A DNA stretch of 64,000 nucleotides from Basidiobolus meristosporus CBS 931.73 (taxonomy: Eukaryota; Fungi; Basidiobolomycota), in the NCBI GenBank assembly GCA_002104905.1, contig MCFE01000151.1, positions 1-64,000 on the forward strand, written 5' to 3'. The stretch's first letter is position 1, and each line of letters opens with the position of its first letter. Below are positions 1 to 12,845 of the stretch, piece after piece. The position numbers and the translations under genes were made by a program. Below the pieces are notes generated by a model. The model made no database searches, had not been told where the DNA came from, and was given only the letters and a program-made list of their open reading frames with translations.

Positions 1-428
1 ATGGCGCATGCCATGAAGATAATGTATACAATATCGAGGAACATGCAATAAGGTAGCTTGACAGTCAGGATGCCTTTCTCTGCCCTACTGCTAGTGCAGA
101 TTACGAAGGGCAAAACGAACAACAGGGTGATCATGACCAGTACGAAGAATATCATGGCGCGGAAGTATCTTATTTTCTCGCGCCATGCCTCTCGCTTCTC
201 TTTCGTGTTCAGCCCAAATGGCTTAAGAAGGGTTTCGATAAATAGGATGTCGATTACGCTATTGATGGCGACCCACACCTTTTGGGCTCTTGGTGAAGTG
301 ATTGGTTTGTCAAGTGGTGGGAGCTGATATTTCTCATCCCATTCTGCATAGTCATCCTCCCAAGTTAGCTCTTCTTGGCTTGGGGAACTTTGGTTAATGA
401 CTGGAAAATACTCTCCTGCGTTACTCAT
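1..428 (-). CDS. Chitin synthase-like protein (class IV/V/VII type), N-terminal part; runs off the left edge
   Basis: Manual minus-strand translation from ATG at 428: MSNAGEYFP...RAQKVWVAINSVIDILFIETLLKPFGLNTKEKREAWREKIRYFRAMIFFVLVMITLLFVLPFVIC. The AWREK motif between two hydrophobic segments followed by Cys matches division-2 chitin synthases. Not in the ORF track because there is no stop in the window; upstream exons are possible. Confidence 0.6.
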   Translation of the reverse strand, partial: MSNAGEYFPVINQSSPSQEELTWEDDYAEWDEKYQLPPLDKPITSPRAQKVWVAINSVIDILFIETLLKPFGLNTKEKREAWREKIRYFRAMIFFVLVMITLLFVLPFVICTSSRAEKGILTVKLPYCMFLDIVYIIFMACA

Positions 429-2499
429 CCCGGATGTTATTGGAGGGGTGTTCTATACCTCTGAGATTTGTGTGATCTTTAAAGAATGGTAAACTGATGG
501 TGCTTCTCGAGTGATTTGAATGATAGCCACTACTGCAACCTTCCCCCTTTATATAGGTGGTGTCTACGGAAAGAATGAGCGCAATGAGGTAGCTTTCAAT
601 GAGGATTGTATTGTTGGAAGAGGTATTCGAAACATAGCAAACCACTGCCAGAACTCGGTGACGTGCAGTTAGTTCAATGTTCAACTGATTAGTTCAGAAA
701 CCTCCAAGTTCATTCTTCCAAACATCAGTTTTACCTTCTAAATGTTTAGAATCGTAGGCACATTGATCATTTTTGATCGTCGATAGGATTAACATGCCAA
801 CTTCCATGCCAATTCAATTGGCAAGTAGGACGTTTGCGGTATTACTACCATTGTGCATTTATCACTTATGACATGTGTGCCACATGTTTGATCAGGAATA
901 TGTTTATCTGATAGAATATGAATGCATTGACTCTGGTAGTGTGACAAATCTACAGCATCTGAAACGGGATGATCAAATCTTGAAGTTGCAATGACAATCC
1001 ACAAGGTACAGCATGCCCTTAATCGGATTGTAACTTGAGACTCTGACAATTTTGCGAGTAGCAACCAATACTTTCAGCTATATTGCGCCTATCCTTTTAG
1101 TCCCTCGCTCGATCGCTGGTCTTTGCTTGACCCAGAATCAGACCAATATCCCATATGTATCACGACTCTCACCTCAATCAATGTCTTCAAGAAACGCATT
1201 GTTTTATAGAAGCATGTTCCAGTATTTGGTAAATATACCTTTATATGCCAAAGCCGTTCAGATATCGACACCAGGATCAAAATCACTGGATTTCAGATGA
1301 TGCACCAAGGCTTGGTCATCGAAAAGGGGTAGGTTTTTGCTGCAGCTGCAGAGGGGGTAGGATGCGGGCTGTTTACACATACTTGATTCGTCAGCGTAAC
1401 AGAATGGACACAAACTTCGTGGCTCATGACGTCTCCCCATGTCAACTCACCCTTCTTCGGATCGATAGTTCGTGAAGACTTATGTAGGTCCTCGGTTCCT
1501 GTTGTAAATTCTATATGACGCATGTGAAGAAATGTTCCCAACTCTACTTCAGGCCCATCTCTTGAAAGGATACTTCCACTGAAGCACCGCATTCACAAAT
1601 TCATCACATCAATGAACTGTGCAGCCAAATTGGACTTGGTCTCAGCCCTACTAGTAAGAGGCCGTATTCGAGTCGATGTATTTCAATCGGAATTTTATTT
1701 AGGGTTCAATAGTGGAATATTAATTCAGTTTATTTGGCTAGAGCTAATGTCAACAACTGCTGACGCGTGTTAAGACTCCAACTAGGAATGGAAAGATCAT
1801 CCAACGAATCGATCAGGGGACGAAGGGTATACAGGCTTGAGTCCTATTGTCACCAGCGATGAACTAGGCTTCAACTGGTGGTGACAAGCAGTTCATCTTG
1901 GGTCATTAGCTCTTCAATCACCCCCCCCCAGACAATGTTATTAATAGTTAATGCACTCCTTGTTGGGGCCGTTGGGGCAACTTACGGTAACAGATAAGCA
2001 CGAAACACTATCCATACTTTAAAATGATGATCAGTACTTGTGCGCTAAAAGGAAAAGCTGCAAACGCTTTGCAAGGAATAGATATTGCATTGCACTAATG
2101 CATGAACTCATGATGCCTAGAAGGACAACCACTTAAAGGGACATTTTTGAATTCTATTTTGTAGTCACCAGGGCAAAGGGATGTGGCATCATGACATGGA
2201 TGTTCTCTCTTCAACATGCTTCCGAGTGACTCAGGCGATATAGGTGTGCGTTTCACAATCATTCAGCTACATCTAGATCAAATAAGAATTCGTAGCAAGT
2301 GCATCCTTGTGTGGAAATTTCTGGATTCAAGAGAGTACCCTATATCAGGAAAATGGTAAAAAAACTAGCGATAGTTGTTTCTGCTGGTCAAGCTATCATG
2401 AGTTATGCCATACCTGTTGAGTAACGTATCGCTGAAGGCAGTTAACGGTAATCAGCAGTTGTAACTGTAGAGCACCCTCCTTCCATCCGAACAAATACC

Positions 2500-3180
2500 C
2501 TCTTCCCTATCTGAACACTGTCGATCTTCAGTTCGAACTCGCAGTCACCAAAGAGAACACTCAAATTTATTGAGCTCCTCTGGGGAAAATATTTCTGATG
2601 TCTCATACCATCACTGTCAATTAGCCATGAGAATGGAACTGTGGAGAATACTGTCGGCCAAATATCATGCTGACCTCTTTCTGTCTATGGCTTTTGCTGA
2701 TTCCTTGTCTACGAAGGATACGGTGTAGAATGTTTAGACTTCTACCTTTGGTAGCTGCGCACTTATCTTTGTGTACAAAACTGTTGTACATCACCCATTC
2801 ATGCGTATTCTATCCCGCCACGAAAGAAGTATACCAGCTAACGAAAAATGGCTCAGGCTTGTGCTTTAAATTATAAGCCATAAAGAACCCCTCCCCCTCA
2901 ACAACCCATCTTAGATGCTTATCCTTATGCTGATCCCTTTTGCTAATATTTTGGTGCCTATTTTACTTGGGCAAATTACATTTGGTTTTAATCCCGCTCA
3001 TTACATGTGGGGTCCCATTCGAGATGTTCACACCGCAACATCAGTGCAGTAAGGACATACATTCGTATGTGGCAAATCAAGATTTATTAATGGTTCCCTC
3101 TATCTGACACTGGTATCTCCACATACGCAGAAAAACGCTACACCACAGTTGAGGTAGCTATCTTGGTGGTCGTTCAAGCA
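2500..3180 (-). pseudogene. Possible decayed CIA30/NDUFAF1-like domain remnant
   Basis: Minus-strand fragments in different frames, in the expected order: KGISIRI, SWYTSFVAG*NTHEWVMYNSFV, SVLFGDCEFELKIDSV. Stops and frameshifts; recognised by eye only. Confidence 0.22.
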
Positions 3181-4064
3181 CAAAATAAAGCATAGCCGAG
3201 TGCGTTTTCTCAGATCCTATTGGTGAGCATGCTATTGATGCTGCTCATCCTTTTGATACCCTAAATGCAGAGTTGACAGGAACCGGCTGCTTTTCGGCTG
3301 GGACATCTCTGCTTAAGAGTCGATTGCGGGGTTGGATTTATAAATTCATCTACAGAGTCGTTCAGCTACCAGCATCCATTATGGACTTCATATTCCTTTT
3401 CGTAGGATATATTATCCAGAAAGTGGCAAATTGCATGGCACCACCTCTTCCCAATCAGAAGAGAATATCAAAATAGCGACATGACCTCCAAAAAGAGAGC
3501 GTTGGTAGCCTAAAATGGACCATGACTTCGGAATTCCATCAACACATCCAATGGCCAACCCAAAAGCCAACATCACCCTCAACCAATATGATCCATCGAA
3601 AAAAAAACCACCCGAGATTCCACACTGCACTAACAATTCGAGTATTCTTGGTTAAAAATAAATGGAATTACTGATGGTTCCAGTCATACCAATTCGAACT
3701 AGATTGTCTCTAGACCGCAAGATCTAGATTGGGGTGGCTTCAATTGAGATATCTCCGAAAGAGCAAATCAATGGCCTCATATGGGATTGTGATCCAAGGT
3801 TCTCGAACCAAGCAGCGGAATAGCAATTAACAAACATATACAGGTGCACTCCCCACACTGACTAACAAATCACGCAACCGTCAAGCCACGAAATCCCGAA
3901 CTTTCCTATTAGTCACAGGGGATTCTGGTTTGCATTAGGCAACAGCAAGTGGAGGTGTGTAAAGGAATAGCCACCATTCGAAATGCGAATTCTCTAGATT
4001 TCCTCAAACTCAAGTCTGCGCAGTATATCCGGAGATTGGTGGTCACAGAGGGTCACTTCCAAGA

Positions 4065-4072
4065 TATAAATA
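4065..4072 (+). promoter_or_regulatory. Putative TATA box (TATAAATA) upstream of the 4137 ORF
   Basis: TATAAATA about 70 nt upstream of ATG 4137. Confidence 0.4.
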
Positions 4073-4136
4073 GGCCGAGCTGCAGCACCAGTGATTCAAA
4101 CAACATCTGCACTTGACGTCTACAATATACTATATT

Positions 4137-4499
4137 ATGAATTTCTCTGATCTCCAAGCCCTACCTCAGACTTCGCCACTTCGCAACCCCAAGGTTCGCC
4201 AACAGCTTAAGAAGCGCCAGAGCTATCACGAAGAAACCATGCTTGCTATGGAAAGCACCGAAGACTCCTACGCGAAAAGCTTGGAGGAATTCAGCCATAT
4301 GAGCCTATTTGAAACTCCTGCCTATCAACCTTCGCTCAGCACATCTCCACTGGCCATCCCCGAAATCAGACAGCAGATTCATCGCCGAAAGAGCGAATTG
4401 GAAGAAAGACACCTCGCCATGGAGGGCATCGAAGCCTGCTATGCTGAGATCCTCTCAAGCTCCTTGGAGTACGATGATCACTTTCATGTCGCCGCGTGA
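4137..4499 (+). CDS. Small hypothetical protein (120 aa) with two copies of a ~40-aa motif
   Basis: ATG at 4137 within the 4113-4499 ORF. Internal repeat SPLRNPKVRQQLKKRQSYHEETMLAMESTEDSYA / SPLAIPEIRQQIHRRKSELEERHLAMEGIEACYA; upstream TATA and AT-rich 3' region. Confidence 0.65.
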   Translation: MNFSDLQALPQTSPLRNPKVRQQLKKRQSYHEETMLAMESTEDSYAKSLEEFSHMSLFETPAYQPSLSTSPLAIPEIRQQIHRRKSELEERHLAMEGIEACYAEILSSSLEYDDHFHVAA

Positions 4500-5948
4500 T
4501 TGCCTAAATCCCAAATTGATGTATATACCAGTTGTACCTAAATAAATCCACATTATTCTATATTATTTACGCCCTTTGTTATATTTATGTTGGATACATT
4601 GGCTCTTTGAGGCACAAATCTAGCAATGGTTCCCAAAATAGCCACCACACTGAGGTGTTAGCCTCGGATTATTTATGCAGCTAAATATCATCCGAGTCGA
4701 CGCATGTCTGGACAACCGACTCGCGAATTTACTCTCCCATGTTGCAAGCTCGACGTATTAGGAATATCCGACCTCGCAGTGCTGTGACTGTCGAGTTAAC
4801 TTTCTTGATTTGGCGATGATGATCCCGTAACGAGGGCCGACTGAAACGTCACCCTATTTTCGGGCGTGGCTTGTGGGAAGTAGAAAAGGCATTAGCCAAG
4901 ATGGATGGGATTGCCACTGTCGGATAATTGAAAGGTGCATGCCAATTTAGATAAATTCACCGGGTAGTTGCGCGACCAGAGTGCCAGGCCCATCAGACAT
5001 CTGAAGTGTGGCAGATTTGACTAGTCCCACCCAGAAAAACCTGGTTGATATCTCCGATGTATGTGGCTTTATTAACCAGTCTGGATTTCGATGAGGATGA
5101 GGCTTGGCTTGGCTTCACCGGATGCTGCACGAAGATTTATTAATGTACTTAGCCCTTAATTGTCGATCTAAACCGAGGAGTCCAGGTACGCTTCGCCACT
5201 TCGTATTGATATGGAGCCATGTATTCCATAATGTGCTGCTTCACTCGACCTATACGGAAATCGATCAACTCGGTACCTGATGGCGAGTACAACATTGTTT
5301 GTCATTAGTATCGGTTGGAAACCGGTGAAAATCTGGGATATTCTAAAGAATCAAGGAATCCCAGTAGGATTGTGATCTTTCCGGAATCCCCCGGGTGGAC
5401 CTATCCGCTTGGTACATTGTATTCAAGAACATCCACAATAATCCGAATGATGTTACAGTGACTCCATCCCTAAGAATGTATAATTCAATTGCTAATGTAT
5501 GATGGGAAACCCATATTCGTAAATAACGTCAAGATGTGTATGTAAATATTGGTGCAATTAATTGTATTAAGTTTTAGAAGACGCGTTTAGAGAGCCTTGT
5601 ATTTCCGGTATGAGCTTATGCCTGTGAAATTTCGAGTGTCTTCAGCTGGCTACTGGATTTGAAGGTTGATCACGAAGCAGCTGGAATTGGGGCTTGGTGG
5701 TAAACAAAAGAGCACTTCACCCTCATGTGTGGATTTACTCAGTTGAAGAAGTATCCATGCCTTGTGTACAACTCCACAAACCGGAATATAACCATGTGCT
5801 GTGAAAGGGCATGGTAGGATGCTTGATATACTCCGGTCGACTTGGAAAACTTTGAACTTTTCAGCAACCACACAGTTCTGAAGAGCTGATCAATAGATCC
5901 TTCAAAAGGATATCCAGGTCCAAATTAAATTCCAAGAAATTGGCCAAT

Positions 5949-6271
5949 TGTTGGAGATGTTGGAAGCAATTGGAAGAACATGTAACATATGTGGTTTTCC
6001 CTTAATGATTTATTGAATGTAAAAGGGGTATTTATATTTTTACAAGATCTTGGAAGAACAAACACGCACAGTACGTGCAGGAAGGTCCCAAGAACATTTG
6101 TGCAAAGTTTGGGGGCTTTGGGGTAATTTAGAATATGTCAAGTACCCAGAGCATGAAAATCCAAAGGTAAATCCCAACGATGAATTTGGGCAGGAAGTAG
6201 TCAAGCTCATAGGCTATGATCCGAGTGACCAAGCTAATGGAATACCCAGGTGTAATCACAAAATTTACAAC
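5949..6271 (-). mobile_element. Diverged solo LTR of the Copia family A
   Basis: Shares ttggagat(a/g)ttggaag, tgtggttttc..ttaatgatttattgaatgtaaaag and ggaaggtcccaagaacat blocks with the LTRs at 33883, 34510, 36689 and 57560; ends tttacaac. Confidence 0.75.
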
Positions 6272-6848
6272 TCCATGGTATATGAAGAATTAGATGTAGT
6301 GCCATCTTCTCCAACTGGCTTATCAATATATCCCCTAGTCTCGGACCGGTCAAAAGTCTCAAAGAAAGGGTAAAATACATGGCATCGCTATATTCACCTG
6401 GGATTACTGATTACCCCAGGCAATTTCACTTGTAGATCCAACAAACCTCCTTGAGTATTGAATGTCTAGGTGCTACTTACAGAGTGTTGGAGTATGCTTC
6501 TCTTGATGGAGCAGGATAGAGAACCATCATATCGAAGCTTCCATTGTTTAGCAGTACATAGGTTTGTTTTCCACTGCAACCATACCCTCTAAACTTTGCC
6601 CAACATTGCATACTCTCATTCCAACTTTTTCTCTGTGTTGGAATAGGTTGGGATATAGAATGTCCATGATCCCCATCCCATAGCTGAGATTTACAGTTGT
6701 AGTATGATTTATTTGTATTAGATACGTTATTCCATAAAATTGTACACGAGAATCTAACTGATGAATGTGGATTTCTCACATTGAGTTGATGGTTTGATAG
6801 ACAATCCACGGCTGGTGCATAGTCAGGTAATGTACCAAGATTAATGAT

Positions 6849-9160
6849 TTAGTTAGCAGGATTCTCAGGGTCAAATAATAGATCCCATCCGATTTGTGGT
6901 CCAAACTTGGGCAATGCTTCAGCTACGGAGTGTACGTCCTTGTCACCACGACCACTGACGCAAATCAGAACATCACTGTCTTTGGGCATGGTGGAGGCCA
7001 AGTTGAGGGCGGCGAAAATTGCGTGGGAGGTCTCCAAAGCAGGGATGATACCTTCCAGTTGAGTCATCTTGCGGAATCCAATCATGGCCTCCTTGTCATT
7101 GACAGCGATATACTTGGCACGTCCACTATCCTTCAACCAAGCGTGCTCAGGGCCCACAGCAGGGTAATCGAGTCCAGCACTGATACTGTGTGTTTCTAAG
7201 ATCTGACCCTTCTTGTCTTGAAGCAAATAGGTACGAGCACCATGGAATACACCTGGTGTTCCGGCGGCTAATGTGGCGGAATGGAACTCGGTGTCGATAC
7301 CGTCACCACCTGCCTCCACTCCCACAATGCTAACACTCTCGTCACCGATGAAGGGGTGGAAGAGACCGATAGCGTTACTACCGCCACCAACACATGCGAC
7401 AAGGGCATCAGGGAGCTTTCCAGCACGTTCAAGCATTTGCTCACGGGCCTCTCTTCCAATGACTGATTGGAATTCACGAACAATAGTAGGGAAAGGATGG
7501 GGACCAATGGCTGAGCCTACCAGGTAATGAGTGGTGGAGACGTTGGTTACCCAGTCACGCATGGCTTCGTTAACGGCATCCTTGAGTGTTTTGCTACCAG
7601 ACTCGACAGCATTGACGGTAGCACCCAACATTCTCATTCTGAATACATTTAAGGCCTGTCTTCTGACATCCTCGGAGCCCATATACACAGTACATTCAAG
7701 TCCAAACTTGGCACATGCAGTGGCAGTAGCAACACCATGCTGGCCTGCGCCAGTCTCGGCAATGATGCGCTTCTTGCCTAGACGCTTGGCAACAAGGATC
7801 TGGCCAATGGCATTATTGATCTTGTGAGAACCGGTGTGATTCAGATCTTCACGCTTAAGCCAGATTCTGGCCCCGCCAGCATGCTCCGTGAGTCTGTCGG
7901 CAAACTGCAATTCAGAGGGACGTCCGATGTAGGGATAAAGAGAACGGAATTCCTTCCAGAATTCTGGGTCCTCCTTCGCCTGCAAGAAGGCATTCTCGAA
8001 CTCGGCCAAGCAGTCAACCAAGGCCTCTGGGACGTACTGTCCACCGAAATCACCGAATCGATAGTTGTTGGCGATTTCTTTCGCCTCGGTTTCGCTCTCA
8101 TGCTTCTCAATGGCAACTTCAGCCTGAGTAGCAGGTGGCTCATCGACTCCTCCTTGAACATTGCTGACAACCGAAGTACGGCCAGTCACCTCCAGTCCAA
8201 ACTGTTCGACAGCACGAAGTCTGTCTTTGGGAGCGGTGTTCTTTAACACGTGGATGATCTTGCTTCCAATAACCACACCATCAGCATGCTCACCTACAGT
8301 CTCGAAATGACCCCGGTTGGAAACACCAAAGCCAACGGCGAGTGGCAACTCGGTGTACTTGCGAATACGTCCAATCAATTGGGGAAGCTCGGTGTTCACT
8401 TCGTTGGTTTGCCCAGTGACGCCCATTCTACTCACAACATAGATGAAACTGTCCGCAACCTGGGCCAGATGGTGAATTCTAGACTCGGATGTGCTAGGGG
8501 CGATCAAGGGGACATAACTGAGATTCCTTGTAGAGCAGATTCTTCTGAATTCGTGGGCCTCCTCGGGAGGCAAATCCACCAAAATAAACCCATTGACCCC
8601 GGCGTTGGCACAGTCGTCCACAATCTTCTTTTCTCCGTAGCTCAGAATGGGGTTGTAGTAGCCCATGAAAATTACAGGGGCCTTCAATCCCAGTTCTCTG
8701 GCCTCTCGAACGTATTCGAGGCACTTTTCAATATCGACCCCGTTTTTCAGCGCGATCTACAGGGCGAGAGTAAGGAATTTGGTCAATTGAGGAGTTTTTC
8801 TTGGGAACATACTTGATTAGCCTCTTGGATAGTAGGACCATCAGCCAAAGGGTCGGTAAAGGGAACACCTGTTGAATAAGGGAACATCAATTAGCGAAAG
8901 CGAGTTTACCAAAGTTCAAGAGCGGCAATTACCTAATTCAATGATATCGGCACCTCCCTTCTCTAATGAAAGCATGATTTGTGGAGTTTCAGAGGCATCT
9001 GGGAAACCTGCTGTGATGAAAGTAACGAAGGCGGGACGACCTAGGTTTATTTATAAAATAGGCGATGTTAACAAGATAGGAACTCGACCAGAGCAACGTT
9101 AAACAGCGGGGTACCTTCATTGTGGCACTTTTCAAAAACTTGCCTGATAGCAGTGGCCAT
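6849..9160 (-). CDS. TRP5: Tryptophan synthase (fused alpha-beta), 3 exons: 9160-9115, 9040-8813, 8756-6849
   Basis: [15 protein letters not shown]|[14 protein letters not shown]; alpha motifs MGYYNP, VDLPPEE, VGFGVS; beta motifs [26 protein letters not shown] (PLP lysine), [23 protein letters not shown]. Confidence 0.97.
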
Positions 9161-10075
9161 GTCTACTGTGAATTATTAGACTGAAAACAGTCGAGGTAAT
9201 ATATCGACGGTAGACAGACCGGGCTACCTTTATAGGGATTCTCAAACCGCTTGTGTGATGAGCAATGAGATGGGCATTAATCAACGCATCCAGCAATCAA
9301 ACCAATTAGACGGTGTGATTATATTCATTTTGGAAATTTCTTTTCTTGTTTGGGACGGATCGTTCAATACAACCGTCTCCAGTGGACGTGCCTTTACACC
9401 TTGAGCTCAGCGTACAATGAGGACGCTGTCACAAACCCGAAAGATAGAGACGGAACTGTGTGTATGCTCCTGTCTTGGCTGCAAGTTTGCTAAAGCCCTT
9501 CTGTTAGTCGAAGCGTGCTCATGCTTCGTAAAGTTAGGATGGTCAGCCTTGCTATAGGATGAACCAGAATGACTCACAACTGAATCAGCATTGATCATAT
9601 GTAAACTTCCATAACAAACCCATTATTTCCTCGACTATGAATGCATCGATTGGGCCATGCACAGTGATACAGGAATCCATATTGTAACCTAAAAGGTGAC
9701 TAAATTATACCAGAAATCACTGCTAACGCTGGATCCATTTAATTGGCCAGATACTGTTCAGAGGAAATCTACCAACTAGACATCTCGCTCTTGATAGTAG
9801 GTTAGTGGGCCAAACGCCCACTGGAGATGGAGATGACTGATTGCTCCGGATAGCCTAAGGCTACTAGGCCAAAGGTGTGTACACCGGAAATTGGTGGCTC
9901 CCTGGGTTGATCTGGGATGCGGACAAGAGTGGTGGCAATGGTATGGAATTTATTAGAAGTTTTCATTTTATAAATCTCAATAGAGAGAATGGGAGTCTAT
10001 TAATCATGATATAAACAACAATAGATGAGTCAAAAGTCATACAGACGTTGACAAAAATTGGTGGGCGAGAATAGC

Positions 10076-12071
10076 TTATTGTCTCCAGCTAGATTAAGAA
10101 ATGATTAGCATGCCACTAACACCACATTACACCAACAATACATGACTTACATTTTCAGTGTGCGATCCTTACCACCACTGGCAGCACGATCACCACCTGG
10201 ACTCCAATCAACGGTGTAGACCTCATCTTGATGGCCAGGGAGATCAAGCTTCAACTTCTTGGTCTTCATATCCCAGATCTTCAAGGTACTGTCCTTACTA
10301 CCGCTCATAACCATACGACTATCACTTGAGAATACCACTTGGTATACAGGACCCACATGTCCACGAAGTGAGGCAATGAACCTACAATCAGGCTGGTTAA
10401 CATCTGCATGATGGTTACATAAACGTTTCGGGATGGAACATACTTTCCGGTGAACCCATCCCAAAGCTTGACAGAGTTGTCAAAGGACGCACTGGCAATG
10501 ATACGCCCATCAGGCGAGAAGCATACTTGGTTGACAAGCTTCTGATGACCAGTCAAGCGAGCGATAGGCTTTTTGCTGGTAGCTGGTTCCCACAGGTACA
10601 TTGTGAAATCATCCGAGCCGGAAACCAAACGTTCGGGTCTCTTGCCCTTGGCTTCCTCCCAACGTTTGAAGGCAACTTCCTTGGCTGAACACAGAATTAA
10701 TTGGCTGAAGCGATAATGTCAACAAAGAGCAATGTACCTTCTTCTTCATTCGTATAACGCTTTCCGGTATGATCGAAAGAGCCGGTACGTAGAACAGAAT
10801 CAGTACTCAACGCCATTGTGTTAACCCAATGGCCGTGTCCTTCCAAAGTCTTCACTAGCTTGCCCTAAAAGAACATCAGAATATGGTCGATACTCGCAGC
10901 AGGCCATTGCCCAATAATTACCTCGGAATCCCAAACTTTGATGGTTTTATCTTGGGAACTGGTGTAGATAAGCCCATCACCACCCCACTTGACACATGTG
11001 ACAGCGGCGGTATGCTGGGATAAGGTGATGACAGCCCGGCGAAACCGAGTATCCCAAATACGAACTGTACCATCTTTGGAAGATGTGGCGAAACGTGTGC
11101 ATTTGGGGTTGCTAAATTAATGGAAAACAATATGAATACATGGATCCGGAAACCAGTGAGGATTATGCACATACAGATGCAATGGCTCCCAAGCGATGCA
11201 GGTGATCCATTTAGTATGGCCTCGAAGAGCATCGCCAACAGGCTTGCCGGTCTTGGGATCCCACAAACGGACCTGCAACGAAGATGTCAGAGATCGGATG
11301 AACCTGGTGAAGTGTGTTGTGAACATTTACCATGTTGTCCATGCTGCCAGACGCGAGGAATTTACCATCTGGAGACCAAGAAATGTACAAAACCCAGTTC
11401 TTGTGACCAGCAAGGGTGTGGTGAGGAGTTTCGGTGTTCAAATCCCAAATACGAACAGTGGTGTCGCCTATACGTTTGTGAAGCGACGAGGATGAGCACT
11501 TGCTAGCATGGTATACGAATCATTAGAAAATACCTGAGCCTGTAGCCAATTGGCTTCCATCAGGACTGAAACTGCACGACAAGATGGCCTCAGAGTGACC
11601 TAGTTGTAGAAAATTTCGATGTCAACCGCCGCCATGACAAAATATATCCGTGGAAACGTATGTACCGGACAAAGTAGAAGAGCAACGTGTAACAGCGCGT
11701 ACGCGGAAGACAGCCTGGGGATGATAAGTAATGGTAATGGAATCTTCCGTCGAACGCTTTTGACCGACGATAATATCTTTATGTAGCGAAGTGATAATGT
11801 CAGCACCGTCGACCATGAAAGAATACGGCATGGTCTCCTCCTAGGTACATAGATCTTTGGATAAGTAAGGAGTAAGCAATCAGTAGAAATCAGACAGATT
11901 TACATTGTTGAGAAGTTGGTTCAGCAGAACTGAGAGTTGCTCGGGAGTAACATCGGCGGGGATGTTCAATGGTGGGCCGGTAGAATCACCTTCAGCGCTT
12001 TTGAATTGAGCAATGACGTGGCCGACTGGCTCTTGAGGGACTTCCTCTTGTTTGGCTTTAGTATTACTCAT
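10076..12071 (-). CDS. RSA4: Ribosome assembly WD40 protein Rsa4/Notchless (multi-exon)
   Basis: N-terminal NLE domain (VIAQFKSAEG...QLSVLLNQLL; PYSF...YHPQAVFRVRAVTRCSS), WD repeats (GHKNWVLYISWSPDG, MVSGSDDFTMYLWEP, GHQDEVYTVDWSPGG); last spliced codons IWRQ* end at 10076. Confidence 0.93.
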
Positions 12072-12845
12072 TTCGTAGTAAGGAGTCGGTCAAGAGCACT
12101 CTCTACCCTAGGTGTTAATATCAACGACCACTGGGTTATGGTTTTTTTTTTAGCGAGCGTCGAACTTCATCCTCAAGTTTTGCTTTTGATTGGACGTGAA
12201 AAAAATCCAAGAAAATTTCGCCAGATCGAATAAAATCAATATTTTCATACCAAACCTGATGAACATATCAAATGAGTGAGTGGACTGGCAGCATCGAGCT
12301 GGTCCTAGGGTTGGTATCACACTGCCCTACATATTGCAACTGTAGAGTATTTGCCCTTGGCATCTGGCTATGACATACTATGCTCCCTGCAATCATTCGA
12401 TAGCGATACATTATTGACAGGCGAGTTCGCGAATAATTGCCGGCGCTAATATCACTACAACCTGAGATACATTTTTCTTTCCTGATATGGAAGATTCAGT
12501 CACTCGCTTGATTCTCAGTCCCATAGTTCATTCTTATCACATTTGCTAGTTTGGCTGCAATTTCGTCAATTTGGTTGATACCGGTTTTGCTGGTAGAGCA
12601 ATAGTACAACATGCAGTCTATGAATAATGGATTGTGATGAACTCAGTTGATTCGTGTAGTGAAATCTATCCATCTTGTGGCAGGGGAATAATGTAAGATG
12701 TATCAACGCCATCCTCATCCCTAATTTACTGGCACCATTTCTCTCCGCTTTATCTTCAAGCTCTTCCTAATTAGTTTCCAAGGTTTTGAAGAGAGGCTAG
12801 AAGGTGATGATTGTCGCTGCTTCTCGTATCCTACTAACAAGTACC

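Noticed and set aside
4810-4850. ATGATGA...CTGA...GAAAC resembling a C/D snoRNA or hammerhead ribozyme core
   Set aside because: No CTGANGA core with closing stems, and box spacing is too short with no second box pair or terminal stem.
6477-6809. 110-aa minus-strand ORF right after the TRP5 stop
   Set aside because: No motif; lies in the TRP5 3' region next to a solo LTR.
7268-8816. Many ORFs antisense or frame-shifted to TRP5 (likewise over MSS4, MET30 and the Copia ORFs)
   Set aside because: Shadow ORFs of codon-biased real genes.
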